Origin: Pyrinomonadaceae bacterium
GTDB taxonomy: Bacteria > Acidobacteriota > Blastocatellia > Pyrinomonadales > Pyrinomonadaceae
Assembly: GCA_041751035.1 (NCBI GenBank)
Contig: JBGSYH010000005.1
Span: 4,237-68,236, forward strand
Direction: 5' to 3'
Length of the DNA stretch: 64,000 nucleotides
Position 1 is the stretch's first letter, and each line of letters starts with the position of its first letter. Below the pieces are notes generated by a model, which did no database searches, was not told where the DNA came from, and saw only the letters and a program-made list of their open reading frames with translations. The position numbers were made by a program, and so were the translations under genes. Of this stretch, positions 33,273 to 44,152 are shown piece by piece.

Positions 33273-35921
33273 TTATGAAGTAAGTTTCTTTGCGGCGGAG
33301 ATGTTGGTAAGATAATCGACCATTGCTTCTTTCGGCAGCGGCCGAGCGAAATGGAAGCCCTGACCCGCGCCGCACCCGAGACCTTTTAGTTCTGTGATCT
33401 GTTCAGGATGTTCTATTCCTTCGGCAATGGTCTTGAGTTTCAAGGATTCGCCCATCATGATGATCGCCTTCGCGACGGCGTTTCCTTCGCTCCCTTCGCC
33501 GAGCTTATCAATAAACGATTTATCGATCTTCAGAATATCAACCGGAAAACGCTGTAGATAGCTCAAGCTGGAATAGCCCGTTCCAAAATCGTCAATGGCA
33601 AGCCTTACGCCAAGGTCTTTCAACTTCTGGAGTTTCTTGATGGTCGTTTCGGCATCTTCCATCATAAAGCTCTCGGTAATTTCCAGGATCAGAGATGCAG
33701 GCGGCAGCCCGGATTCCTTCAATGCCCGGCTCACAACGTGGGCAAGGTCACGCTCATGGAATTGCCTAATGGATATGTTTACCGTAACCGACAGGTCGGT
33801 GGTTCCGCTGAAGGCGGTGCGCCATTCCTGCATTTGCTTGCATGCTTCTACGATGATCCATTCACCCAGCGGGACAATTAGACCCGTCTCTTCGGCGAGC
33901 GGAATAAATTTTAACGGCGCGATCAGGCCCAGTTTTGGGTGCGTCCACCGGACAAGAGCTTCCATACCGATAAGCTCACCGATGCTAAGGTCGAATATTG
34001 GCTGATAGTGAATGACGAATTCGCGTGCTTCTATGCCGCGGCGAAGGTCGGATTCGAGTTCGACACGCTCGACCAGAGCCTCGTGCATCTTTCGCTCGAA
34101 AACGACAAACTTTCCTTTGCCCTGGCTTTTGGCAAGATACATCGCGAGGTCGGCATTGCGGAGCAGCGTTTCGGAGCTGGATGCCTGATCCCAACTTAGT
34201 GCGATACCGATGCTGGTCCCGACATATACATTCTTGCCGCTCAGGTTGAAAGGCTGCCGGAATACATCCAGTATACGTTCGGCGATCATCACGGCCTCAC
34301 CGGTTGAAGCGACCGAATCGGCAAGAACGGCAAATTCGTCTCCGCCAAGCCGGGCCGCGGTGTCGGTAGTTCTAAGACAATCCTGAAGACGTTCGGCTAC
34401 GGAGATCAAAAGCTTATCGCCCGCCTCATGTCCCATCGAATCATTTATCGATTTGAAATTATCAATGTCCAAGAACAGCACGGCGATGGTCGAGCTATTT
34501 CGCTCAGCTCGGACGAGCGCATGCTCGACCCGGTCACGGAAAAGAGCGCGGTTCGCGATCCTTGTAAGCGGATCGTGAAGAGCTTGGTGGGTCAATTGCT
34601 CTTCTAAAGATTTCCGTTCCGAAACGTCCATCATTGATCCGAGCATCCTGATCGAACGGCCGTTCTCATCACGGACCAGATATCCGCGGTCGACCACAAA
34701 GGCATACGAACCGTCGCGGCGCCGAAAGCGATATTCGTCTGTCCAATTCGTAGCACCGCTTTCTATCGCCCGTTTAATATTTAGCGAAACGCGTTCGGCA
34801 TCTTCCGGATGCACGCGGGCGGTCCACTCTTTAGAAGTGCGGTTTGCTTCGTCTGCGGAATAGCCAAAGAGCTTCTGAAAGCCCTCGTTCCACCATAGTT
34901 GGTTCGTTTCAAGATTCCAGTCCCAGACGGCGTCGCTCGTTGCACGCGTTACAAGCTTAAACCTCTCGTTGCTGCGCCGCAGCTCTACTTCGTGTCGCTT
35001 ACGCTCGATCGCGATAGCGATCTGATCGGCGACGGATGTCAACAATCGGACATCGCGTTGGTCGTACGTATCGGAATTTTCGTAATCCTGGACAACTAAC
35101 ACACCGATCGAACCGGTCTTGGTCTTTAGCGGAACGCCGAGCCAGATCGGAGCGTCCGTTCCGACCGATTCGACCACTCCGGCCGCGATTAGGTGCTGAA
35201 CATCCGTATTGGTCAGCAGCATCGATTCGCCCTTACGGAATACGTATGCACTTAAACTCCGGCCGAGCTTTATCGGCGGCGGCATCGGATCGTGCCGATC
35301 GACCCAGAACTTCATAGTTAGCAATTCAGTTTCCGGTTCGAATAGAGCTACGAAAAAATTCTCGGCGTAAGTGATGCGCTTGACCTCGTTGTGAACAAGC
35401 GTAAGAAAACTGCCCAGATCTGAGGTGGCGGCAATGCCGTGGATGATGCGTGAGATGGCACGCGATTCAGCTTCGAGCCGCTTTCGGTCGGTTATGTCGC
35501 GGGCAACGCAAACTATCTTTCGTTCGCCCGTGGCGGGGTCGAGTATTTTGGCCGCTGAGATCGAGACGGAATATCGGCTGCCGTCTTTTCGAACACAATA
35601 TGTCTCCAGCTGCTTAGTAAGGACATCCCGGTCGAGTGCACGCCTGAAAACCTTTTCGAAATAAGAACTTTTACGCGTCAGGATGTTGATCGGCATTCCG
35701 ATCAATTCCGATTCGCTATATCCGGTCTGTTCGAGAGTTGCCGGGTTCACGCGCTCAATGAGCGCCTCGCTGTTAATAATAAGAATGGAGTCCCTGATCG
35801 AATTGAAAATGCTATCGCCAAGGGTCTCCGGACCATTGCCGACTGCCGATCCCTTCGGAAATAGGAGTTGGCCTTCGGGCATGGCTGGGCCGTTTGGCTG
35901 TATGATCGGCTGAGTCTGCAT
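33273..35921 (-). CDS. PAS-GAF-PAS-GGDEF-EAL signalling protein
   Basis: RLGGDEFAV (GGDEF) and EALVRW (EAL) motifs plus DDFGTGYSSLSYL. Upstream PAS-like and GAF-like segments are present. Confidence 0.9.
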   Translation of the reverse strand: MQTQPIIQPNGPAMPEGQLLFPKGSAVGNGPETLGDSIFNSIRDSILIINSEALIERVNPATLEQTGYSESELIGMPINILTRKSSYFEKVFRRALDRDVLTKQLETYCVRKDGSRYSVSISAAKILDPATGERKIVCVARDITDRKRLEAESRAISRIIHGIAATSDLGSFLTLVHNEVKRITYAENFFVALFEPETELLTMKFWVDRHDPMPPPIKLGRSLSAYVFRKGESMLLTNTDVQHLIAAGVVESVGTDAPIWLGVPLKTKTGSIGVLVVQDYENSDTYDQRDVRLLTSVADQIAIAIERKRHEVELRRSNERFKLVTRATSDAVWDWNLETNQLWWNEGFQKLFGYSADEANRTSKEWTARVHPEDAERVSLNIKRAIESGATNWTDEYRFRRRDGSYAFVVDRGYLVRDENGRSIRMLGSMMDVSERKSLEEQLTHQALHDPLTRIANRALFRDRVEHALVRAERNSSTIAVLFLDIDNFKSINDSMGHEAGDKLLISVAERLQDCLRTTDTAARLGGDEFAVLADSVASTGEAVMIAERILDVFRQPFNLSGKNVYVGTSIGIALSWDQASSSETLLRNADLAMYLAKSQGKGKFVVFERKMHEALVERVELESDLRRGIEAREFVIHYQPIFDLSIGELIGMEALVRWTHPKLGLIAPLKFIPLAEETGLIVPLGEWIIVEACKQMQEWRTAFSGTTDLSVTVNISIRQFHERDLAHVVSRALKESGLPPASLILEITESFMMEDAETTIKKLQKLKDLGVRLAIDDFGTGYSSLSYLQRFPVDILKIDKSFIDKLGEGSEGNAVAKAIIMMGESLKLKTIAEGIEHPEQITELKGLGCGAGQGFHFARPLPKEAMVDYLTNISAAKKLTS

Positions 35922-36207
35922 TGGATAGTTCTTTAAATTTGCGGAAAACGAACCGGGATGATGTGACCAGGAAAAGCGCGCAGTTATTGCATTACGGGGT
36001 AATTATTTAGCAGCGGAACTGATAGTGCGAACGCGCAAACCGCTAATAGAATAATGACTTACGGCGGTCGAATGTGTCAACAATTTTATTTTCCGACCTT
36101 TATTCGAAAATTGAAATGCCCCGCCGAAGAAGGCGAGGCGAATCAATTTTGGTGTCATCCGGCCGCGATCCGAACTGGTTGCTAGTGCCGTTCCAGATCT
36201 CATCGGA

Positions 36208-38499
36208 TCACCGGGCGGCATTACTCCAAACGGCTAGTATCAGCTGAAGTTCGACGTCCGCAGTATTCTCGATCCGCAGTTTCCAGATACCTTTGACAAC
36301 CGGCTTTTCGACAAATATTGACCTGAACCAGGCTCCGGCCTCAGGCGTAGCGGCGAGATTCTTTCCGGCGACGACACCAGTGTGATCAACCAATGTTGCC
36401 GACACCCGCGGATCTGCCATGAACGTAATGCCCAGATCAGGTGCCGCCTCAACCGGAATCTCTATTTCGACCGTGCTTTTTGGGGCGATCTTCGCGATCT
36501 TTGAGTGATCGAGAACACCCGTCGGGATCTCACGGCTGACGTCCGCAAACGAAGCTTTCAAGAATGAAACTTCACCGTTTCGCTGTGCAAGAGCCGCACC
36601 TGGAGCCCGAACCTCCGGGTTGTGATCTCCTTTTGGCCCGATCGCCAGACGCGGCTTAACAAAGTTCGTAAAATCTACGGTGCCGGTAAGTTTGTCGTGC
36701 ATGTTCTTCGAAGTTGCATTGTCAGCGATATTCCAAACGGCCGAAGGCACCGAAACAACGCCGTCATTCCACGTTAAGCTCTTGCACATTACAGGCAGCG
36801 GATCGCCGGCGAGTGCCGAAAATTTCACGCCTTTTCTGTTTGTTATCCGCCGATTGAAGTCTTCAACCACCGAAGGCTTTAGCTGGCGTATCGCTTCGGG
36901 AGTTGTGCCGGTCGCCGAATAAACAAGGTCCATTACATCTGCACACGGGCTTCCCTGATTCGGCGTACCCAGCATAAGCAGGTGCGAAACTTGCGGGCGT
37001 CCATCGGGCGAGTCGGTCGGCATGAATTGGTGAATGTATTGCCGGGCAATGAGTCCGCCCATCGAGTGTGCGACGATATCGACATGCCAGGCGTTTCGGT
37101 CTTCCTGTGCGAACTTAATATACCTGCCGAGTTGGTTGGCGTTCGCAAATATCGACTCTGTACGCAGATTCGACATAAAGTACTCACCGGTGTGCATTCG
37201 ACCGTGTTCGGGCTTTTCGCCCACGGCAAAAGCCTTCCAATCGTAACTATGCGACGTGGTAAGAATGTTCTGCCACGTCTCCCACGCCTGCTGCCAGTTG
37301 CTCCATAGGCCATGGACCAGCACCACGGGTTTCGGAGCGACTTTTAGATTCTTGGTCATTTCGTCAGTCTTTTTGCCGTTCTCCTCCAGTTCCGCCTTAA
37401 TTCGCTGCACAAGCCGTGGGCGGCCGTCGTCGAACCACGAATAACCTGATGAATCCCAGATCATCTCGACCTCGCGCTCTTCTCCGGCGTCAAGCCGAAC
37501 CGAGGCCACATTGTCGTTTAGCGGCGCGTCGGGACGTGCGCCGTCCCACTTGTCGCCTTTGTAGGTTTCCTTGAATCGAACGTCTGCAAATTTTGTCTCG
37601 CCCGAGGCGTTCAAGACGGTCGCCTTGATCTTCACAAGATTACCGTCGATGGTTCCGGTCTGCTCTATGATCGCCTGCCAATCATTAAAGTTAGGAAACT
37701 TCGGATGTTCGAACTTAAGATCGGTGATCCGTAACGGAGCACCGCATTTCTGCAGATCCCATGTGATCGTTTCTGTAATGCCCTGCCAGGTCCTGGAAAA
37801 CGAACCGCTCGCGCGATTCGGGTCCGATGGGTCGATACGGTGCGTTCCGTCGCTAGTCATTGAGTTGCCGTCGATCCTCGTTTCTGTGGCCGGCATAGTG
37901 AGGTTCTTGCCTTCTTTGGCGGTACACTGCCCGCTATATGACGATGATTGGCTTCCTGTTGCCGTGCCCGTGATCGGCGGGATGCCGACACTAACGGAAT
38001 AGGTTCCATCCGCATTTACGCCAATATTGAAGTTCGCGTCCAGGCCGCCGGCAGTGCCGCTCGTTTCGGTTTTGACCGTCGAGGTGCCCGTCATCTGCTT
38101 CCAGGTCTTGCCTCGATCGCAGGAATTGCTCTCGACCGCCAAGACCTTTTCGACAGAGGTCATTTTATGATCGACCCTTGCTTTGCCAATGCTGCCTCGG
38201 CTCCGATCGGGCGATTCGACGACCGCGATCTGGGCATTGTATTGGTATTTCATCTCCCAATCGCGTGTGTCTTCGCCGCGGCCTGATACCCGCTGGACCG
38301 TTTTGTTGTCGGAGGCGCTCTGGGTTCGCGTGTACTTGACCGATCCGGTCCAGGCGCCCGAACATGCGGCCGCGGCTTTCTTCGGAGTCGAACTAGCCGT
38401 TCGTTGGGCCGGGACTGCGATCGTGGAAACAGCGGTTATGATCAATAAAATAAGCGAAGACATTCTTCGCACGGATCCCTTAAAGAATTCGCTTCTCAT
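36208..38499 (-). CDS. Secreted alpha/beta-hydrolase (lipase/esterase-like) multidomain protein
   Basis: Signal peptide, VVLVHGLWSN and a nucleophile elbow AHSMGG in the central domain. An alternative ATG lies at 38463. Confidence 0.7.
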   Translation of the reverse strand: MRSEFFKGSVRRMSSLILLIITAVSTIAVPAQRTASSTPKKAAAACSGAWTGSVKYTRTQSASDNKTVQRVSGRGEDTRDWEMKYQYNAQIAVVESPDRSRGSIGKARVDHKMTSVEKVLAVESNSCDRGKTWKQMTGTSTVKTETSGTAGGLDANFNIGVNADGTYSVSVGIPPITGTATGSQSSSYSGQCTAKEGKNLTMPATETRIDGNSMTSDGTHRIDPSDPNRASGSFSRTWQGITETITWDLQKCGAPLRITDLKFEHPKFPNFNDWQAIIEQTGTIDGNLVKIKATVLNASGETKFADVRFKETYKGDKWDGARPDAPLNDNVASVRLDAGEEREVEMIWDSSGYSWFDDGRPRLVQRIKAELEENGKKTDEMTKNLKVAPKPVVLVHGLWSNWQQAWETWQNILTTSHSYDWKAFAVGEKPEHGRMHTGEYFMSNLRTESIFANANQLGRYIKFAQEDRNAWHVDIVAHSMGGLIARQYIHQFMPTDSPDGRPQVSHLLMLGTPNQGSPCADVMDLVYSATGTTPEAIRQLKPSVVEDFNRRITNRKGVKFSALAGDPLPVMCKSLTWNDGVVSVPSAVWNIADNATSKNMHDKLTGTVDFTNFVKPRLAIGPKGDHNPEVRAPGAALAQRNGEVSFLKASFADVSREIPTGVLDHSKIAKIAPKSTVEIEIPVEAAPDLGITFMADPRVSATLVDHTGVVAGKNLAATPEAGAWFRSIFVEKPVVKGIWKLRIENTADVELQLILAVWSNAAR

Positions 38500-38605
38500 A
38501 GTCGTATTGTGTGCGTGCGCAAAAATGCATGCACCGTAATTTTTATATTCTTAATGAACGGATCCGCCGTGCGGACAGCGGACCCGCGTGTGTTGGCCGA
38601 TGATT

Positions 38606-40033
38606 TTATCTGCCGATCGAATTCACGATCGCCTGAGCCGCTTGTTCTACGAGGGCCGAAATGATGTCTTCGCCCGCAGATCCAGCCTTCGCTTTGAACT
38701 GTCGTGCAAATTTGGATGTTCCTGAAAGGTTCACGTCGATCGTCAGTTCGTCCTTGGCCTTAAAGGCTCCGGCGACGTGCGCGGCATTTATCGCGGTGTT
38801 TCGGGTCGTGGCGACCGCAACGTTGCCGGCCGTGCTGCCGGTGCTTCCCAAGGGGGTTGCGGAGATCGCGGAACCAAGTGCCGAACCGAACATTTTTCCA
38901 AAGCCGCCGCCGCCTTTCTTGTGCGAAACGCTCGCGTTCACGACCATTTCACAATCTTTCTCTTTGGCCTCGGCGTCGATCGCGGAAGGGAGCTTGGAAT
39001 CGAGCATAATTACTTCGATCTTCGGCGAACGCAGATATTCGGAAAGGCTGTTTCTGACAGCCGACGCAAGATCGGCAGCATTAACGCCTTCACCGACAGA
39101 ACCGCTCTTCACCGCAGCAATTCCAATGCGAACAACTCCGGCCCTTTTTGGGCCGAGTTCGGTCTTTGGACCGTCGGCCGCATTCGGAATTGCCAAATTC
39201 GGGGAAACAGCGCCGGATGAACCCGAAAGCGTCGAATTTCCAGCTTCCGGCATATACGAATTGGCATTGGCCGCGTACATTTCGTTCACATCCTTGGCTT
39301 CACGATATCCGGCCGGGATCTCGAAGAGCGACGCATCGAGAGCGCCGCGGGAAAATTCCATGACCTCATTGATCGTCGAGAAAGTCTCCTTACCCTTCTG
39401 ATCGAACATCGTCATTTTTTCGTAAACCGGATAACCGCGCTTTCCGCTGCCGAGCTGCTTTGACACGACCCTGTCCTGACAGCCCGGTTTACCCGCCGAA
39501 TAGTTTCGCATCATTCCCGCACCTATATCGCAGTCAAGGGCGAACTCGGCGTCAATGTACCAGCCGTCGGTCTCCATCTTCATATTCACGGGGCTGCAGG
39601 CATCGGGTGACGACGCCATTTCGGTCGTGATGATCAAACGGCGTGCGGTGAAGCCAAACATCTCCTTGCGTTCGCCGGTGTCTTTAACGTTGACGGTCGT
39701 ATTGATCGTGCCGCCGCCCGCACGGATCACACCATCGCTCCGGCCGCTGGTGTTGGAAACCGCCGGATCATTGCCTTGATCGAAAAGGCTGATCAGATAG
39801 GTCTTCATCGCCGCATTTATCTGAACGCCGCGGCGCAGGTCGCATTGTGTAATGTTTATCGAAGTTCCGTTCATCGTTTCGACTCGCTGCCGCTTGCCTT
39901 TGATGTACGTTGTGCTCTCTATTGTCTGGCCGCCGGTCGTCATTTTTGAACGCACTTTTACGTCGGCGTAAGTACTCGCTGTCAAGACCGATATGGTCAG
40001 AATTATTGCCGCAGTTATACACGGGTATCTCAT
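38606..40033 (-). CDS. Secreted hypothetical protein
   Basis: 475 aa with a signal peptide. No family recognised. Confidence 0.65.
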   Translation of the reverse strand: MRYPCITAAIILTISVLTASTYADVKVRSKMTTGGQTIESTTYIKGKRQRVETMNGTSINITQCDLRRGVQINAAMKTYLISLFDQGNDPAVSNTSGRSDGVIRAGGGTINTTVNVKDTGERKEMFGFTARRLIITTEMASSPDACSPVNMKMETDGWYIDAEFALDCDIGAGMMRNYSAGKPGCQDRVVSKQLGSGKRGYPVYEKMTMFDQKGKETFSTINEVMEFSRGALDASLFEIPAGYREAKDVNEMYAANANSYMPEAGNSTLSGSSGAVSPNLAIPNAADGPKTELGPKRAGVVRIGIAAVKSGSVGEGVNAADLASAVRNSLSEYLRSPKIEVIMLDSKLPSAIDAEAKEKDCEMVVNASVSHKKGGGGFGKMFGSALGSAISATPLGSTGSTAGNVAVATTRNTAINAAHVAGAFKAKDELTIDVNLSGTSKFARQFKAKAGSAGEDIISALVEQAAQAIVNSIGR

Positions 40034-40164
40034 TATTCTCTCCGAAAATATAAAAAGTTATGAAAGCATTTGCCGAACGCGCGAACGTTCGACGAAGATT
40101 CAAAACGAACGCCCGCATAGAAAAGTTCCGCGAAGTTATTTATTTAGGTTTGGAGAAATGCTGA

Positions 40165-40764
40165 TCAATTGATCTGATCTATCTTTTCGATAGGAATAAT
40201 AATTCGGCCGGTGCCATTGACAACTGTAACTCGGCCGGTGAACTTCAAGGGTTTTTCGTTTTGAATCCAACCTCGTTCCGGTAAAACCCGACGATAACCG
40301 AGAAAGTCGATCATATTGCCATCGGAATCAACGGCACGTACGTCTTGGAACTCGAGCGGCTTCCCGTTCTTATCCGTACAGAGCAAACAGTCTCGAGTCC
40401 GCTCATCCGAGCACTTTGCAATGCGGACGAGTAAGCTCCCGCCTTCGGCCGTTGAGTAAACGCGAATCGTGCAGATAATTTTAAATTCCGGTTCAAAATT
40501 GCTACAAATACCTTTGCCGTCCAAAGAGGCTTCAAACGTAATTAGAGCATCATTTTCAGCTGTTGTGACGCGTTCAAACCCAGCTATCTCGGCAGTTTCG
40601 GGGTGCAATGCAAGCCGGTTCTTCTCAGCCAGATCATCTTGCATTTGTTGCAAGCGGATCAGGCGTGGGCTGCCCCCATTATAGATGATGAAACCGACCG
40701 TGCCGATCAGCATCGTCGCCGCAAACGTAGCGAATATCAACAATATGCGGGTCTCACTGGTCAT
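40165..40764 (-). CDS. Membrane-anchored hypothetical protein
   Basis: 199 aa with an N-terminal TM anchor. It is preceded by the iteron-like repeat region. Confidence 0.6.
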   Translation of the reverse strand: MTSETRILLIFATFAATMLIGTVGFIIYNGGSPRLIRLQQMQDDLAEKNRLALHPETAEIAGFERVTTAENDALITFEASLDGKGICSNFEPEFKIICTIRVYSTAEGGSLLVRIAKCSDERTRDCLLCTDKNGKPLEFQDVRAVDSDGNMIDFLGYRRVLPERGWIQNEKPLKFTGRVTVVNGTGRIIIPIEKIDQIN

Positions 40765-40820
40765 AAGCTACTTCGTTCGATGATAACCCCAAGACTCGAT
40801 CTATAACAAGAAAATTCGGG

Positions 40821-40902
40821 ATATGTCGATAAAAACGCAAAACGTCGACATATATTTGCGATATGTCGATAACGTGTACATATCTCGCGGAAATGTCGAT
40901 AA
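40821..40902. promoter_or_regulatory. Iteron-like direct repeats ATATGTCGATAA x3 plus one inverted copy
   Basis: Direct copies start at 40821, 40861 and 40891 (spacings 40 and 30 nt). The inverted copy gtcgacatatat is at 40844-40855. Confidence 0.5.
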
Positions 40903-40971
40903 AATGCAGATTCCACGACACATCGGTTGAAAGCAGAACGGTATTGAGCGATCTAATACGAAAATGCCTTT

Positions 40972-41706
40972 TTATCGGGAGTAGATCTTTATTCTTTTCT
41001 TCTTTGACCCTTGGCGAAAGGCTGAATAGATAGTGTTACGTTCTACTTCGATCTTTGAACGAGCAGGAACATTCCAACCATCGATTTGATCATCCTTTTT
41101 CATCAGCCAAAGTTTGTCATCTTCCCCGCGTGGACAAATGTCCCATTTTTCTGGTTCGTCATTGACACAAACTTGGTGTTTATCATCGTAGTTAGACATA
41201 TCGACCAGAACAAGATAAGAATCTTGAGAATATGGGACCAGTTGAGTATAAAATGCTCGACCGTTGGCAGAAACTTTCCAGTTTATTACCCCGTCTTTAG
41301 GATCCAACCCCACAAGGTTAAGGTCTCCGGCGATGACAACAAGGTCTTTACCGATCATCTGGGGTCTGTCAAAAAGCGGGGTATTGAGATATCGAACCCA
41401 AACTAAATTTTTGTCTTTATCACGGGCATAAAGAGTTCCGCAGATGGTGGTAAGAACCAATTTATTGGGCAAGGAAATGGGCCCATATCTCGGGTCCTCT
41501 TCGTTATCACCCCAACATCCCAGATTATCCACGTCATAGGCGCTCTCGAATGGCTCAACTATTTCCAGCGGAAGGGTTCGGGTGTCAGAGGAGACCTCAG
41601 GAATTACGGGAATGGCTTCAATGCTGAGAATGATCACTACCCCAGCGAAACCGAGGAAAAAGGTAACGATGCTTGCCGCGAGGCCAAAAAGAAAATGTCG
41701 ACGCAT
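40972..41706 (-). CDS. Membrane-anchored beta-propeller-like (PQQ/BamB-like repeat) protein
   Basis: ATG at 41706 (MRRHFLFGLAASIV...). Segments such as VIAGDLNLVGLDPKDGVINWKV resemble PQQ-like repeats. Confidence 0.55.
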   Translation of the reverse strand: MRRHFLFGLAASIVTFFLGFAGVVIILSIEAIPVIPEVSSDTRTLPLEIVEPFESAYDVDNLGCWGDNEEDPRYGPISLPNKLVLTTICGTLYARDKDKNLVWVRYLNTPLFDRPQMIGKDLVVIAGDLNLVGLDPKDGVINWKVSANGRAFYTQLVPYSQDSYLVLVDMSNYDDKHQVCVNDEPEKWDICPRGEDDKLWLMKKDDQIDGWNVPARSKIEVERNTIYSAFRQGSKKKRIKIYSR

Positions 41707-41834
41707 TACGATCACTGCCCATAATCTTAGATTAAGTCTGTGCGTCAAACAAGAAAAAGTTGAAGAACTATCAATCCAAAAAAAGAGTGCCGCGATAGGC
41801 ACTCCATTCTTGATTTGAAAAGCTAAGGACTTTA

Positions 41835-43481
41835 TCAATTCCCGTCGTTGCTGCGGACGGGCGATGATGATTGGATGGTTACGGTCGAGCCGGGGAGCAG
41901 GCGGATGTCGTCGCGGCCCGTGGCGATGACTGAGCCTGCGCCTGCGCCGCCGCCAATTATCGCACCGAGCACGGCACCTTTGCCGCCGCCCGCAATGGCT
42001 CCGATAATTGCTCCAAGACCCGCACCGATGCCGCCGCGTTTTGCTGTTTCGTTCGTCTGGCTGCCGCTTCGGGCTGTGCCTTCGTTGTCAACACGCACGT
42101 TCTTTCCCTGTGTGTCGGTTATGTTCTGGACATTGCCTGCGAAATCGTAGGCCTTGCCGTCGCGGAGCGTGATGCGTTCAAAATTGAATGTGATGTTTGC
42201 TCGGCCCGAGACCTGTCCGGAGCGACCGACGCCCGAAATATAGCCTTCGATGACCGCGCCGCGATATTCCATCGGCGATTCGACGGTCATCTTGAAGCGG
42301 TCATTGTCCTGCGAGACCTTGGTATTTATCTCGTTCTCAAGCCGGCCGGTGACGACCATTCCATTCGGAATTAAAAATTGCCCTATCCGCGGTTTGCTCA
42401 AGCTCGGGTTCGGGCTGTTCGCGCCGATGCGGTCATTCGGGTTAGTGCTGCTTGAACCGGGACGGTCGTTCGGATCGTTCGATGAATAGCCGTCGTTATC
42501 TGAAAACGTGCCGCCGTCATCAGGCAGGTCCATTGCTTCGATACCAAGCCGTGCGACCTGGTCGGTGCGTGTGTAAACGCTGTCGGCAAAAATGGTCTCG
42601 CTAAGGTATTGCGTCGTAATGCGGCGCGTTACTTTCAGCGAATTGCCGTCGGACGCAAACGTGACGTTATAATCCGTCTCGCCGCCGATGCTTGAAACAA
42701 CAAGCTCATCGCCGCGTAGCGTCGCGCGGACCGTTATCGTCCGGCCGTTGTCCTGCTCTGTGCGTTCGGTGCCGTCCGCGCGAAAGGTGATCGGTGAACC
42801 GTTTGTCGAAGCGAGCGTTACCTGATCGCCGCGAACGTCGATCGCGATCTGTTCCGGAGCGGTCAATTTCGATTCCAGGTCCTGTCTCTGCGAACCCGAA
42901 ACGCGAACGCTGCTGATAATGTCCGCAACGCGTTCGCTGCGGCCCGCATCAAGCGAAAATGTGCCGGTCAGCGTGCTGTAAATTGCCGGGCCGGGTTCGT
43001 CAATATCATCGTTGCGGGAATCGTTCGAAAAACCTCCGTTCCAGTCCGGGACTATGCCGTAATTCGAAGCCAGCCGGTTAACACCGTCGCGGACGCTGTT
43101 CCAAAGACTCTGAATTCGCGGTCCCTGCGGATTTGATGTCATAAATCCGTTCAGTTCATTTGCCGCGTCGATCACGGCCTGCATATCGTTGCGGTTGTCG
43201 CGACGCTGATCGACATTATCGGACAGCGTTTGCATCGCATCGCGCAATCCACCCAGCGAACTTTGTGCGTCCTGCTGTGCTGTGCGGCTGGCGGATGACG
43301 AACGAAGCTGCTGCCGCAGATTTACCGCCAGATCGTCGATCTGTGCGTTCAGGCTGCGGACGCCGTCGCGGACCGCGCGTTCGTTTCGCCGCTGTGCGTC
43401 AGCGGTCGAAACCAGCCCTGTGATCAAAAACGCCGAAATGATAAATGCCGAAAAATGGCGCGAAAAACGTCGCATATTCAT
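41835..43481 (-). CDS. Secreted protein with C-terminal glycine-zipper segment
   Basis: Signal peptide and a C-terminal [34 protein letters not shown] segment. Confidence 0.7.
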   Translation of the reverse strand: MNMRRFSRHFSAFIISAFLITGLVSTADAQRRNERAVRDGVRSLNAQIDDLAVNLRQQLRSSSASRTAQQDAQSSLGGLRDAMQTLSDNVDQRRDNRNDMQAVIDAANELNGFMTSNPQGPRIQSLWNSVRDGVNRLASNYGIVPDWNGGFSNDSRNDDIDEPGPAIYSTLTGTFSLDAGRSERVADIISSVRVSGSQRQDLESKLTAPEQIAIDVRGDQVTLASTNGSPITFRADGTERTEQDNGRTITVRATLRGDELVVSSIGGETDYNVTFASDGNSLKVTRRITTQYLSETIFADSVYTRTDQVARLGIEAMDLPDDGGTFSDNDGYSSNDPNDRPGSSSTNPNDRIGANSPNPSLSKPRIGQFLIPNGMVVTGRLENEINTKVSQDNDRFKMTVESPMEYRGAVIEGYISGVGRSGQVSGRANITFNFERITLRDGKAYDFAGNVQNITDTQGKNVRVDNEGTARSGSQTNETAKRGGIGAGLGAIIGAIAGGGKGAVLGAIIGGGAGAGSVIATGRDDIRLLPGSTVTIQSSSPVRSNDGN

Positions 43482-43636
43482 ATCTCCAGATTATAGTCGC
43501 CGACGGCACACTGCCGCACGTGCGCTTAGAAGCATTTCGCGTGCCCTGCGTTGTCGGCAGTGTTCGCGGGGCTGTTTGCACAGTGCCGTGTGGTAAGATT
43601 TTGATACATTTCAAACACGATTTCGGGGAGGATAAA

Positions 43637-44086
43637 ATGGCGGAAAACGATTACAAAGCAACGGTCAGGTTCGCGGGCGACGAACTTTTTATCGGCACAA
43701 CACCCAGCGGAAATTCCGTAGCTATTGACACAAAAGGAGATAGGAAATCGGCACCGTCGCCGCTTGAGATGCTGCTGGTCTCGGTCGCCGCATGCACGGC
43801 CGCTGACGTGATCTCAATAATGCAGAAAAAGCGGCAGGACGTCCGCGAATATCTGGTCGAGATCACCGGCACCCGCGTGGATGACTATCCCCGCAAATTC
43901 ACCGCCTTTCACATAAACCATATCGTGCGCGGACACGCGATTTCGGAAAAGGCCTTAGCCGACGCCATCCTGCTCTCCGACACTAAATACTGCTCCGTCG
44001 CCGCCACCGTCCGCCCAACCGCCACCATCACAACCAGCTACGAGATCATTGAATCAAACCTATCCAGGTCTGAAGCGGTTATATAG
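43637..44086 (+). CDS. OsmC-family peroxiredoxin-like protein
   Basis: PLEMLLVSVAACTAADV motif with GGAGG SD before the ATG at 43637. Confidence 0.85.
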   Translation: MAENDYKATVRFAGDELFIGTTPSGNSVAIDTKGDRKSAPSPLEMLLVSVAACTAADVISIMQKKRQDVREYLVEITGTRVDDYPRKFTAFHINHIVRGHAISEKALADAILLSDTKYCSVAATVRPTATITTSYEIIESNLSRSEAVI

Positions 44087-44131
44087 AAAAACCTCCACCC
44101 CTCTTTATGCAGAAGAGGTGGAGGTTTTTTC
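44087..44131. terminator. Bidirectional rho-independent terminator
   Basis: aaaaacctccacccctctt-loop-aagaggtggaggtttttt lies between convergent genes. Confidence 0.8.
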
Positions 44132-44152
44132 GTTCATGATCCTTGCGGTCCG

